A DNA stretch of 64,000 nt from the human T2T-CHM13v2.0 reference genome, Homo sapiens. Below are positions 27,740-41,800 of this stretch, one piece after another; the stretch's first letter is position 1; each line of letters begins with the position of its first letter. Below the pieces are notes generated by a model that had not been told where the DNA came from, ran no database searches, and was given only the letters and a program-made list of their open reading frames with translations. A program made the translations under genes and the position numbers. The stretch lies in assembly GCF_009914755.1 (NCBI RefSeq), contig NC_060936.1; one strand, given 5' to 3'.

Positions 27740-30700
27740 TCCCGTTTCCAACGAAGGCCTCAAAGAGGTCCAAATATCCACTTGCAGACATTACAAACAG
27801 AGTGTTTCCAAACTGCTCCATCAAAAGAAAGGTTAAACTCTGTGAGCTGAACACACACATCAAAAAGAAGTTTCTGTGAATGATTCTGTCTAGATTTTAT
27901 AAGAAGATGTTTCCTTTTCTACCGTAGGCCTCAAAGCGCTTGAAATCTCCAGCTGCAAATTCCACAAAAAGGGTGTTTAACATCTGCTCTTCTAAAGGAA
28001 AGTTCAACTCTATGCGTTGAATACACACATCACAAAGAAGTTACTGAGACTTCTCCAATCAAACATTATATGAAGAAATCCCGTTTCCAACGAAGGCCTC
28101 AAAGAGGTCCAAATATCTGCTTGCAGACTTTACAGACAGAGTGTTTCCAAACTGCTCCATCAAAAGAAAGGTTAAACTCCTTGAGTTGAACACACACATC
28201 ACAAAGTAGTTTCTGTGAATGATTCTGTCCAGTTTTTATACGAAGATGTTTCCTTTTCTACCTTTGGTCTCAAAGCGATTGAAATCTCCACATGGAAACT
28301 CCACAAAAAGAGTGTTTCAAATCTGCTCTTTCTGAAGGAAGGTTCAACTCTGTGAGTTGAATACACACACCACAAATAAGTTACTGAGAATTCTTCTGTG
28401 TAACATTATATGAGGAAATCCCGTTTCCAACGAAGGCCTCAAAGAGGTCCAAATATCCACTTGCAGACTTTACAAAGACAGTGTCTCCAAACTCCTCCAT
28501 CAAAAGAAAGGTTATACTCTGTGAATTGAACGCACACATCACAAAGTAGTTTCTGAGAATGATTCTGTCTAGTTTTTATACGAAGATATTTCCTTTTCTA
28601 CATTTGGCCTAAAAGCGCTTGAAATCTCCACCTGCAAATATCACAAAAAGAGGGTTTCACATCTGCTCTGTCTAAAGGACAGTTCACCTCTGTGAGTTGA
28701 ATAGAGGCAACACAAAGAACTTACTCAGTATTCTTCTTTCTAGCGTTCTATGAAGAAATCCCGTTTCCAAAGAAGGCCCCAAAGAGGTCCAAATATCAGC
28801 TTGCAGACTTTACAGACAGAGTGTTTCCAAACTGCTCCATCAAAAGAAAGGTTAAACTCCTTGAGTTGAACACACACATCACAAAGTAGTTTCTGTGAAT
28901 GATTCTGTCTAGTTTTTATACGAAGATGTTTCCTTTTCTACCTTTGGTCTCAAAGCGATTGAAATCTCCACATGGAAACTCCAAAAAGAGTGTTTCAAAT
29001 CTGCTCTTTCTGAAGGAAGGTTCAACTCTGTGAGTTGAATACACACATCACAAATAAGTTAATGAGAATTCTTCTGTGTAACATTATATGAGGAAATCCC
29101 GTTTCCAACGAAGGCCTCAAAGAGGTCCAAATATCCACATGCAGACTTTACAAAGACAGTGTCTCCAAACTCCTCCATCAAAAGAAAGGTTATACTCTGT
29201 GAATTGAACGCACACATCACAAAGTAGTTTCTGAGAATGATTCTGTCTAGTTTTTATAAGAAGATATTTCCTTTTCTACATTTGGCCTAAAAGCGCTTGA
29301 AATCTCCACCTGCAAATATCACAAAAAGAGGGTTTCACATCTGCTCTGTCTAAAGGACAGTTCACCTCTGTGAGTTGAATAGAGGCAACACAAAGAACTT
29401 CCTCAGTATTCTTCTTTCTAGCGTTCTATGAAGAAATCCCGTTTCCAATGAAGACCCCAATGAGGTCCAAATATCTGCTTGCAGACTTTACAGACAGAGT
29501 GTTTCCAAACTACTCTATGAAAAGAAAGCTTAAACTCCTTGAGTTGAACGCACACATCACAAAGTAGTTTCTGAGAATGATTCTGTCTAGTTTTTATACG
29601 AAGATGTTTCCTTTTCTACATTTGGTCTCAAAGCCATTGAAATCTCCAACTGGAAACTGCACAAATAGGGTGTTTCAAATCTGCTCTGTCTAAAGGAAGG
29701 TTCAACTCTGTGAGTTGAATACACACACCATAAATAAGTTACTGAGAATTCTTCTGTCGAACATTACAGGAAGAAATCCCGTTTCCAACGAAGGCCTCAA
29801 AGAGGTCCAAATATCCACTTGCAGACATTACAAACAGAGTGTTTCCAAACTGCTCCATCAAAAGAAAGGTTAAACTCTGTGAGCTGAACACACACATCAA
29901 AAAGAAGTTTCTGTGAATGATTCTGTCTAGATTTTATAAGAAGATGTTTCCTTTTCTACCGTAGGCCTCAAAGCGCTTGTAATCTCCAGCTGCAAATTCC
30001 ACAAAAAGGGTGTTTAACATCTGCTCTTCTAAAGGAAAGTTCAACTCTATGAGTTGAATACACACAGCACAAAGAAGTTACTGAGACTTCTCCTATCAAA
30101 CATTATATGAAGAAATCCCGTTTCCAACGAAGGCCTCAAAGAGGTCCAAATATCCACTTGCAGACATTACAAACAGAGTGTTTCCAAACTGCTCCATCAA
30201 AAGAAAGTTTAAACTCTGTGAGCTGAACACACACATCAAAAAGAAGTTTCTGTGAATGATTCTGTCTAGATTTTGTAAGAAGATGTTTCCTTTTCTACCG
30301 TAGGCCTCAAAGCGCTTGAAATCTCCACCTGAAAATTCCACAAAAAGGGTGTTTTACATCTGCTCTTCTAAAGGAAAGTTCAACTCTATGCGTTGAATAC
30401 ACACAGGACAAAGAAGTTACTGAGACTTCTCCTATCAAACATTATATGAAGAAATCCCGTTTCCAACGAAGGCCTCAAAGAGGTCCAAATATCTGCTTGC
30501 AGACTTTACAGACAGAGTGTTTCCAAACTGCTCCATCAAAAGAAAGGTTAAACTCCTTGAGTTGAACACACACATCACAAAGTAGTTTTTGTGAATGATT
30601 CTGTCTAGTTTTTATACGAAGATGTTTCCTTTTCTACCTTTGGTCTCAAAGCGATTGAAATCTCCACTTGGAAACTCCACAAAAAGAGTGTTTCAAATCT

Positions 30701-32833
30701 GCTCTTTCTGAAGGAAGGTTCAACTCTGTGAGTTGAATACACACACCACAAATAAGTTACTGAGAATTCTTCTGTGTAACATTATATGAGGAAATCCCGT
30801 TTCCAACGAAGGCCTCAAAGAGGTCCAAATATCCACTTGCAGACTTTACAAAGACAGTGTCTCCAAACTCCTCCATCAAAAGAAAGGTTATACTCTGTGA
30901 ATTGAACGCACACATCACAAAGTAGTTTCTGAGAATGATTCTGTCTAGTTTTTATACGAAGATATTTCCTTTTCTACATTTGGCCTAAAAGCGCTTGAAA
31001 TCTCCACCTGCAAATATCACAAAAAGAGGGTTTCACATCTGCTCTGTCTAAAGGACAGTTCACCTCTGTGAGTTGAATAGAGGCAACACAAAGAACTTAG
31101 TCAGTATTCTTCTTTCTAGCGTTCTATGAAGAAATCCCGTTTCCAACGAAGGCCCCAATGAGGTCCAAATATCTGCTTGCAGACTTTACAGACAGAGTGT
31201 TTCCAAACTACTCTATGAAAAGAAAGCTTAAACTCCTTGAGTTGAACGCACACATCACAAAGTAGTTTCTGAGAATGATTCTGTCTAGTTTTTATACGAA
31301 GATGTTTCCTTTTCTACATTTGGTCTCAAAGCGATTGAAATCTCCAACTGGAAACTGCACAAATAGGGTGTTTCAAATCTGCTCTGTCTAAAGGAAGGTT
31401 CAACTCTGTGAGTTGAATACACACACCACAAATAAGTTACTGAGAATTCTTCTGTCGAACATTACTTGAAGAAATCCCGTTTCCAACGAAGGCCTCAAAG
31501 AGGTCCAAATATCCACTTGCAGACATTACAAACAGAGTGTTTCCAAACTGCTCCATCAAAAGAAAGGTTAAACTCTGTGAGCTGAACCCACACATCAAAA
31601 AGAAGTTTCTGTGAATGATTCTGTCTGGATTTTATAAGAAGATGTTTCCTTTTCTACCGTAGGCCTCAAAGCGCTTGAAATCTCCAGCTGCAAATTCCAC
31701 AAAAAGGGTGTTTAACATCTGCTCTTCTAAAGGAAAGTTCAACTCTATGCGTTGAATACACACAGCACAAAGAAGTTACTGAGACTTCTCCTATCAAACA
31801 TTATATGAAGAAATCCCGTTTCCAACGAAGGCCTCAAAGAGGTCCAAATATCTGCTTGCAGACTTTACAGACAGAGTGTTTCCAAACTCCTCCATCAAAA
31901 GAAAGGTTAAACTCCTTGAGTTGAACACACACATCACAAAGTAGTTTCTGTGAATGATTCTGTCTAGTTTTTATACGAAGATGTTTCCTTTTCTACCTTT
32001 GGTCTCAAAGCGATTGAAATCTCCACATGGAAACTCCACAAAAAGAGTGTTTCAAATCTGCTCTTTCTGAAGGAAGGTTCAACTCTGTGAGTTGAATACA
32101 CACACCACAAATAAGTTACTGAGAATTCTTCTGTGTAACATTATATGAGGAAATCCCATTTCCAACGAAGGCCTCAAAGAGGTCCCAATATCCACATGCA
32201 GACTTTACAAAGACAGTGTCTCCAAACTCCTCCATCAAAAGAAAGGTTATACTCTGTGAATTGAACGCACACATCACAAAGTAGTTTCTGAGAATGATTC
32301 TGTCTAGTTTTTATACGAAGATATTTCCTTTTCTACATTTGGCCTAAAAGCGCTTGAAATCTCCACCTGCAAATATCACAAAAAGAGGGTTTCACATCTG
32401 CTCTGTCTAAAGGACAGTTCAACTCTGTGAGTTGAATAGAGGCAACACAAAGAACTTACTCAGTATTCTTCTTTCTAGCGTTCTATGAAGAAATCCCGTT
32501 TCCAACGAAGACCCCAATGAGGTCCAAATATCTGCTTGCAGACTTTACAGACAGAGTGTTTCCAAAGTACTCTATGAAAAGAAAGCTTAAACTCCTTGAG
32601 TTGAACGCACACATCACAAAGTAGTTTCTGAGAATGATTCTGTCTAGTTTTTATACGAAGATGTTTCCTTTTCTACATTTGGTCTCAAAGCGATTGAAAT
32701 CTCCAACTGGAAACTGCACAAATAGGGTGTTTCAAATCTGCTCTGTCCAAAGGAAGGTTCAACTTTGTGAGTTGAATACACACAGCACAAATAAGTTACT
32801 GAGAATTCTTCTGTCGAACATTACTTGAAGAAA
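27740..32833 (-). repeat. Super-HOR copy 2 (5094 bp, 15 dimers; three 8-mers shorter than copy 1)
   Basis: Same start and end markers as copy 1. It lacks one internal 8-mer near 29.1-29.3 kb and two near 31.6-31.9 kb. Confidence 0.85.
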
Positions 32834-35800
32834 TCCCGTTTCCAACGAAGGCCTCAAAGAGGTCCAAATATCCACTTGCAGACATTACAAACAGAGTGTT
32901 TCCAAACTGCTCCATCAAAAGAAAGGTTAAACTCTGTGAGCTGAACACACACATCAAAAAGAAGTTTCTGTGAATGATTCTGTCTAGATTTTATAAGAAG
33001 ATGTTTCCTTTTCTACCGTAGGCCTCAAAGCGCTTGAAATCTCCAGCTGCAAATTCCACAAAAAGGGTGTTTAACATCTGCTCTTCTAAAGGAAAGTTCA
33101 ACTCTATGCGTTGAATACACACATCACAAAGAAGTTACTGAGACTTCTCCAATCAAACATTATATGAAGAAATCCCGTTTCCAACGAAGGCCTCAAAGAG
33201 GTCCAAATATCTGCTTGCAGACTTTACAGACAGAGTGTTTCCAAACTGCTCCATCAAAAGAAAGGTTAAACTCCTTGAGTTGAACACACACATCACAAAG
33301 TAGTTTCTGTGAATGATTCTGTCCAGTTTTTATACGAAGATGTTTCCTTTTCTACCTTTGGTCTCAAAGCGATTGAAATCTCCACATGGAAACTCCACAA
33401 AAAGAGTGTTTCAAATCTGCTCTTTCTGAAGGAAGGTTCAACTCTGTGAGTTGAATACACACACCACAAATAAGTTACTGAGAATTCTTCTGTGTAACAT
33501 TATATGAGGAAATCCCGTTTCCAACGAAGGCCTCAAAGAGGTCCAAATATCCACTTGCAGACTTTACAAAGACAGTGTCTCCAAACTCCTCCATCAAAAG
33601 AAAGGTTATACTCTGTGAATTGAACGCACACATCACAAAGTAGTTTCTGAGAATGATTCTGTCTAGTTTTTATACGAAGATATTTCCTTTTCTACATTTG
33701 GCCTAAAAGCGCTTGAAATCTCCACCTGCAAATATCACAAAAAGAGGGTTTCACATCTGCTCTGTCTAAAGGACAGTTCACCTCTGTGAGTTGAATAGAG
33801 GCAACACAAAGAACTTACTCAGTATTCTTCTTTCTAGCGTTCTATGAAGAAATCCCGTTTCCAACGAAGGCCCCAAAGAGGTCCAAATATCCGCTTGCAG
33901 ACTTTACAGACAGAGTGTTTCCAAACTGCTCCATCAAAAGAAAGGTTAAACTCCTTGAGTTGAACACACACATCACAAAGTAGTTTCTGTGAATGATTCT
34001 GTCTAGTTTTTATACGAAGATGTTTCCTTTTCTACCTTTGGTCTCAAAGCGATTGAAATCTCCACATGGAAACTCCACAAAAAGAGTGTTTCAAATCTGC
34101 TCTTTCTGAAGGAAGGTTCAACTCTGTGAGTTGAATACACACATCACAAATAAGTTAATGAGAATTCTTCTGTGTAACATTATATGAGGAAATCCCGTTT
34201 CCAACGAAGGCCTCAAAGAGGTCCAAATATCCACATGCAGACTTTACAAAGACAGTGTCTCCAAACTCCTCCATCAAAAGAAAGGTTATACTCTGTGAAT
34301 TGAACGCACACATCACAAAGTAGTTTCTGAGAATGATTCTGTCTAGTTTTTATAAGAAGATATTTCCTTTTCTACATTTGGCCTAAAAGCGCTTGAAATC
34401 TCCACCTGCAAATATCACAAAAAGAGGGTTTCACATCTGCTCTGTCTAAAGGACAGTTCACCTCTGTGAGTTGAATAGAGGCAACACAATGAACTTACTC
34501 AGTATTCTTCTTTCTAGCGTTCTATGAAGAAATCCCGTTTCCAACGAAGGCCTCAATGAGGTCCAAATATCTGCTTGCAGACTTTACAGACAGAGTGTTT
34601 CCAAACTACTCTATGAAAAGAAAGCTTAAAATCCTTGAGTTGAACGCACACATCACAAAGTAGTTTCTGAGAATGATTCTGTCTAGTTTTTATACGAAGA
34701 TGTTTCCTTTTCTACATTTGGTCTCAAAGCGATTGAAATCTCCAACTGGAAACTGCACAAATAGGGTGTTTCAAATCTGCTCTGTCTAAAGGAAGGTTCA
34801 ACTCTGTGAGTTGAATACACACACCACACATAAGTTACTGAGAATTCTTCTGTCGAACATTACAGGAAGAAATCCCGTTTCCAACGAAGGCCTCAAAGAG
34901 GTCCAAATATCCACTTGCAGACATTACAAACAGACTGTTTCCAAACTGCTCCATCAAAAGAAAGGTTAAACTCTGTGAGCTGAACACACACATCAAAAAG
35001 AAGTTTCTGTGAATGATTCTGTCTAGATTTTATAAGAAGATGTTTCCTTTTCTACCGTAGGCCTCAAAGCGCTTGAAATCTCCAGCTGCAAATTCCACAA
35101 AAAGGGTCATTAACATCTGCTCTTCTAAAGGAAAGTTCAACTCTATGAGTTGAATACACACAGCACAAAGAAGTTACTGAGACTTCTCCTATCAAACATT
35201 ATATGAAGAAATCCCGTTTCCAACGAAGGCCTCAAAGAGGTCCAAATATCTGCTTGCAGACTTTACAGACAGAGTGTTTCCAAACTGCTCCATCAAAAGA
35301 AAGGATAAACTCCTTGAGTTGAACACACACATCACAAAGTAGTTTCTGTGAATGATTCTGTCTAGTTTTTATACGAAGATGTTTCCTTTTCTACCTTTGG
35401 TCTCAAAGCGATTGAAATCTCCACATGGAAACTCCACAAAAAGAGTGTTTCAAATCTGCTCTTTCTGAAGGAAGGTTCAACTCTGTGAGTTGAATACACA
35501 CACCACAAATAAGTTACTGAGAATTCTTCTGTGTAACATTATATGAGGAAATCCCGTTTCCAACGAAGGCCACAAAGAGGTCCAAATATCCACTTGCAGA
35601 CTTTACAAAGACAGTGTCTCCAAACTCCTCCATCAAAAGAAAGGTTATACTCTGTGAATTGAACGCACACATCACAAAGTAGTTTCTGAGAATGATTCTG
35701 TCTAGTTTTTATAAGAAGATATTTCCTTTTCTACATTTGGCCTAAAAGCGCTTGAAATCTCCACCTGCAAATATCACAAAAAGAGGGTTTCACATCTTCT

Positions 35801-38800
35801 CTGTCTAAAGGACAGTTCACCTCTGTGAGTTGAATAGAGGCAACACAAAGAACTTACTCAGTATTCTTCTTTCTAGCGTTCTATGAAGAAATCCCGTTTC
35901 CAATGAAGACCCCAATGAGGTCCAAATATCTGCTTGCAGACTTTACAGACAGAGTGTTTCCAAACTACTCTATGAAAAGAAAGCTTAAACTCCTTGAGTT
36001 GAACGCACACATCACAAAGTAGTTTCTGAGAATGATGCTGTCTAGTTTTTGTAAGAAGATGTTTCCTTTTCTACATTTGGTCTCAAAGCCATTGAAATCT
36101 CCAACTGGAAACTGCACAAATAGGGTGTTTCAAATCTGCTCTGTCTAAAGGAAGGTTCAACTCTGTGAGTTGAATACACACACCATAAATAAGTTACTGA
36201 GAATTCTTCTGTCGAACATTACAGGAAGAAATCCCGTTTCCAACGAAGGCCTCAAAGAGGTCCAAATATCCACTTGCAGACATTACAAACAGAGTGTTTC
36301 CAAACTGCTCCATCAAAAGAAAGGTTAAACTCTGTGAGCTGAACACACACATCAAAAAGAAGTTTCTGTGAATGATTCTGTCTAGATTTTATAAGAAGAT
36401 GTTTCCTTTTCTACCGTAGGCCTCAAAGCGCTTGTAATCTCCAGCTGCAAATTCCACAAAAAGGGTGTTTAACATCTGCTCTTCTAAAGGAAAGTTCAAC
36501 TCTATGAGTTGAATACACACAGCACAAAGAAGTTACTGAGACTTCTCCTATCAAACATTATATGAAGAAATCCCGTTTCCAACGAAGGCCTCAAAGAGGT
36601 CCAAATATCCACTTGCAGACATTACAAACAGAGTGTTTCCAAACTGCTCCATCAAAAGAAAGGTTAAACTCTGTGAGCTGAACACACACATCAAAAAGAA
36701 GTTTCTGTGAATGATTCTGTCTAGATTTTGAAAGAAGATGTTTCCTTTTCTACCGTAGGCCTCAAAGCGCTTGAAATCTCCACCTGCAAATTCCACAAAA
36801 AGGGTGTTTTACATCTGCTCTTCTAAAGGAAAGTTCAACTCTATGCGTTGAATACACACAGGACAAAGAAGTTACTGAGACTTCTCCTATCAAACATTAT
36901 ATGAAGAAATCCCGTTTCCAACGAAGGCCTCAAAGAGGTCCAAATATCTGCTTGCAGACTTTACAGACAGAGTGTTTCCAAACTGCTCCATCAAAAGAAA
37001 GGTTAAACTCCTTGAGTTGAACACACACATCACAAAGTAGTTTTTGTGAATGATTCTGTCTAGTTTTTATACGAAGATGTTTCCTTTTCTACCTTTGGTC
37101 TCAAAGCGATTGAAATCTCCACTTGGAAACTCCACAAAAAGAGTGTTTCAAATCTGCTCTTTCTGAAGGAAGGTTCAACTCTGTGAGTTGAATACACACA
37201 CCACAAATAAGTTACTGAGAATTCTTCTGTGTAACATTATATGAGGAAATCCCGTTTCCAACGAAGGCCTCAAAGAGGTCCAAATATCCACTTGCAGACT
37301 TTACAAAGACAGTGTCTCCAAACTCCTCCATCAAAAGAAAGGTTATACTCTGTGAATTGAACGCACACATCACAAAGTAGTTTCTGAGAATGATTCTGTC
37401 TAGTTTTTATACGAAGATATTTCCTTTTCTACATTTGGCCTAAAAGCGCTTGAAATCTCCACCTGCAAATATCACAAAAAGAGGGTTTCACATCTGCTCT
37501 GTCTAAAGGACAGTTCACCTCTGTGAGTTGAATAGAGGCAACACAAAGAACTTAGTCAGTATTCTTCTTTCTAGCGTTCTATGAAGAAATCCCGTTTCCA
37601 ACGAAGGCCCCAATGAGGTCCAAATATCTGCTTGCAGACTTTACAGACAGAGTGTTTCCAAACTACTCTATGAAAAGAAAGCTTAAACTCCTTGAGTTGA
37701 ACGCACACATCACAAAGTAGTTTCTGAGAATGATTCTGTCTAGTTTTTATACGAAGATGTTTCCTTTTCTACATTTGGTCTCAAAGCGATTGAAATCTCC
37801 AACTGGAAACTGCACAAATAGGGTGTTTCAAATCTGCTCTGTCTAAAGGAAGGTTCAACTCTGTGAGTTGAATACACACACCACAAATAAGTTACTGAGA
37901 ATTCTTCTGTCGAACATTACTTGAAGAAATCCCGTTTCCAACGAAGGCCTCAAAGAGGTCCAAATATCCACTTGCAGACATTACAAACAGAGTGTTTCCA
38001 AACTGCTCCATCAAAAGAAAGGTTAAACTCTGTGAGCTGAACCCACACATCAAAAAGAAGTTTCTGTGAATGATTCTGTCTGGATTTTATAAGAAGATGT
38101 TTCCTTTTCTACCGTAGGCCTCAAAGCGCTTGAAATCTCCAGCTGCAAATTCCACAAAAAGGGTGTTTAACATCTGCTCTTCTAAAGGAAAGTTCAACTC
38201 TATGCGTTGAATACACACAGCACAAAGAAGTTACTGAGACTTCTCCTATCAAACATTATATGAAGAAATCCCGTTTCCAACGAAGGCCTCAAAGAGGTCC
38301 AAATATCTGCTTGCAGACTTTACAGACAGAGTGTTTCCAAACTGCTCCATCAAAAGAAAGGTTAAACTCCGTGAGTTGAACACACACATCACAAAGTAGT
38401 TTCTGTGAATGATTCTGTCTAGTTTATCTACGAAGATGTTTCCTTTTCGACCTTTGGTCTCAAAGCGATTGAAATCTCCACATGGAAACACCACAAAAAG
38501 AGTGTTTCAAATCTGCTCTTTCTGAAGGAAGGTTCAACTCTGTGAGTTGAATACACACACCACAAATAAGTTACTGAGAATTCTTCTGTGAAACATTATA
38601 TGAGGAAATCCCGTTTCCAACGAAGGCCTCAAAGAGGTCCAAATATCCACTTGCAGACTTTACAAAGACAGTGTCTCCAAACTCCTCCATCAAAAGAAAG
38701 GTTATACTCTGTGAATTGAACGCACACATCACAAAGTAGTTTCTGAGAATGATTCTGTCTAGTTTTTATACGAAGATATTTCCTTTTCTACATTTGGCCT

Positions 38801-41800
38801 AAAAGCGCTTGAAATCTCCACGTGCAAATATCACAAAAAGAGGGTTTCACACCTGCTCTGTCTAATGGACTGTTCACCTCTGTGAGTTGAATAGAGGCAA
38901 CACAAAGAACTTACTCAGTATTCTTCTTTCTAGCGTTCTATGAAGAAATCCCGTTTCCAACGAAGGCCTCAAAGAGGTCCAAATATCTGCTTGCAGACTT
39001 TACAGACAGAGTGTTTCCAAACTACTCTATGAAAAGAAAGCTTAAACTCCTTGAGTTGAACGCACACATCACAAAGTAGTTTCTGAGAATGATTCTGTCT
39101 AGTTTTTATACGAAGATGTTTCCTTTTCTACATTTGTCTCAAAGCGATTGAAATCTCCAACTGGAAACTGCACAAATAGGGTGTTTCAAATCTGCTCTGT
39201 CTAAAGAGAGGTTCAACTCTGTGAGTTCAATACACACACCACAAATAAGTTACTGAGAATTCTTCTGTCGAACATTACATGAAGAAATCCCTTTTCCAAC
39301 GAAGGCCTCAAAGAGGTCCAAATATCCACTTGCAGAGATTACAAACAGTGTGTTTCCAAACTGCTCCATCAAAAGAAAGGTTAAACTCTGTGAGCTGAAC
39401 CCACACATCAAAAAGAAGTTTCTGTGAATGATTCTGTCTAGATTTTATAAGAAGATGTTTCCTTTTCTACCGTAGGCCTCAAAGCGCTTGAAATCTCCAG
39501 CTGCAAATTCCACAAAAAGGGTGTTTAACATCTGCTCTTCTAAAGGAAAGTTCAACTCTATGAGTTGAATACACACAGCACAAAGAAGTTACTGAGACTT
39601 CTCCTATCAAACATTATATGAAGAAATCCCGTTTCCAACGAAGGCCTCAAAGAGGTCCAAATATCTGCTTGCAGACTTTACAGACAGAGTTTTTCCAAAC
39701 TGCTCCATCAAAAGAAAGGTTAAACTCCTTGAGTTGAACACACACATCACAAAGTAGTTTCTGTGAATGATTCTGTCTAGTTTTTATACGAAGATGTTTC
39801 CTTTTCTACCTTTGGTCTCAATGCGATTGAAATCTCCACATGGAAACTCCACAAAAAGAGTGTTTCAAATCTGCTCTTTCTGAAGGAAGGTTCAACTCTG
39901 TGAGTTGAATACACACACCACAAATAAGTTACTGAGAATTCTTCTGTGTAACATTATATGAGGAAATCCCGTTTCCAACGAAGGCCTCAAAGAGGTCCAA
40001 ATATCCACTTGCAGACTTTACAAAGACAGTGTCTCCAAACTCCTCCATCAAAAGAAAGGTTATACTCTGTGAATTGAACGCACACATCACAAAGTAGTTT
40101 CTGAGAATGATTCTGTCTAGTTTTTATACGAAGATATTTCCTTTTCTACATTTGGCCTAAAAGCGCTTGAAATCTCCACCTGCAAATATCACAAAAAGAG
40201 GGTTTCACATCTGCTCTGTCTAAAGGACAGTTCACCTCTGTGAGTTGAATAGAGGCAACACAAAGAACTTAGTCAGTATTCTTCTTTCTAGCGTTCTATG
40301 AAGAAATCCCGTTTCCAACGAAGGCCCCAATGAGGTCCAAATATCTGCTTGCAGACTTTACAGACAGAGTGTTTCCAAACTACTCTATGAAAAGAAAGCT
40401 TAAACTCCTTGAGTTGAACGCACACATCACAAAGTAGTTTCTGAGAATGATTCTGTCTAGTTTTTATACGAAGATGTTTCCTTTTCTACATTTGGTCTCA
40501 AAGCGATTGAAATCTCCAACTGGAAACTGCACAAATAGGGTGTTTCAAATCTGCTCTGTCTAAAGGAAGGTTCAACTCTGTGAGTTGAATACACACACCA
40601 CAAATAAGTTACTGAGAATTCTTCTGTCGAACATTACTTGAAGAAATCCCGTTTCCAACGAAGGCCTCAAAGAGGTCCAAATATCCACTTGCAGACATTT
40701 CAAACAGAGTGTTTCCAAACTGCTCCATCAAAAGAAAGGTTAAACTCTGTGAGCTGAACCCACACATCAAAAAGAAGTTTCTGTGAATGATTCTGTCTGG
40801 ATTTTATAAGAAGATGTTTCCTTTTCTACCGTAGGCCTCAAAGCGCTTGAAATCTCCAGCTGCAAATTCCACAAAAAGGGTGTTTAACATCTGCTCTTCT
40901 AAAGGAAAGTTCAACTCTATGCGTTGAATACACACAGCACAAAGAAGTTACTGAGACTTCTCCTATCAAACATTATATGAAGAAATCCCGTTTCCAACGA
41001 AGGCCTCAAAGAGGTCCAAATATCTGCTTGCAGACTTTACAGACAGAGTGTTTCCAAACTGCTCCATCAAAAGAAAGGTTAAACTCCTTGAGTTGAACAC
41101 ACACATCACAAAGTAGTTTCTGTGAATGATTCTGTCTAGTTTATCTACGAAGATGTTTCCTTTTCGACCTTTGGTCTCAAAGCGATTGAAATCTCCACAT
41201 GGAAACACCACAAAAAGAGTGTTTCAAATCTGCTCTTTCTGAAGGAAGGTTCAACTCTGTGAGTTGAATACACACACCACAAATAAGTTACTGAGAATTC
41301 TTCTGTGAAACATTATATGAGGAAATCCCGTTTCCAACGAAGGCCTCAAAGAGGTCCAAATATCCACTTGCAGACTTTACAAAGACAGTGTCTCCAAACT
41401 CCTCCATCAAAAGAAAGGTTATACTCTGTGAATTGAACGCACACATCACAAAGTAGTTTCTGAGAATGATTCTGTCTAGTTTTTATACGAAGATATTTCC
41501 TTTTCTACATTTGGCCTAAAAGCGCTTGAAATCTCCACGTGCAAATATCACAAAAAGAGGGTTTCACACCTGCTCTGTCTAATGGACTGTTCACCTCTGT
41601 GAGTTGAATAGAGGCAACACAAAGAACTTACTCAGTATTCTTCTTTCTAGCGTTCTATGAAGAAATCCCGTTTCCAACGAAGGCCTCAAAGAGGTCCAAA
41701 TATCTGCTTGCAGACTTTACAGACAGAGTGTTTCCAAACTACTCTATGAAAAGAAAGCTTAAACTCCTTGAGTTGAACGCACACATCACAAAGTAGTTTC

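Noticed and set aside
17529-36796. Four near-identical minus-strand ORFs (81-102 aa)
   Set aside because: They are translations of the duplicated P dimer, open only because one SNV removes a stop codon. There is no recognisable protein family or gene structure.
38249-41211. Two identical 81-aa minus-strand ORFs
   Set aside because: Chance open frames in a Q dimer variant; their 2717-bp spacing only reflects the duplication.
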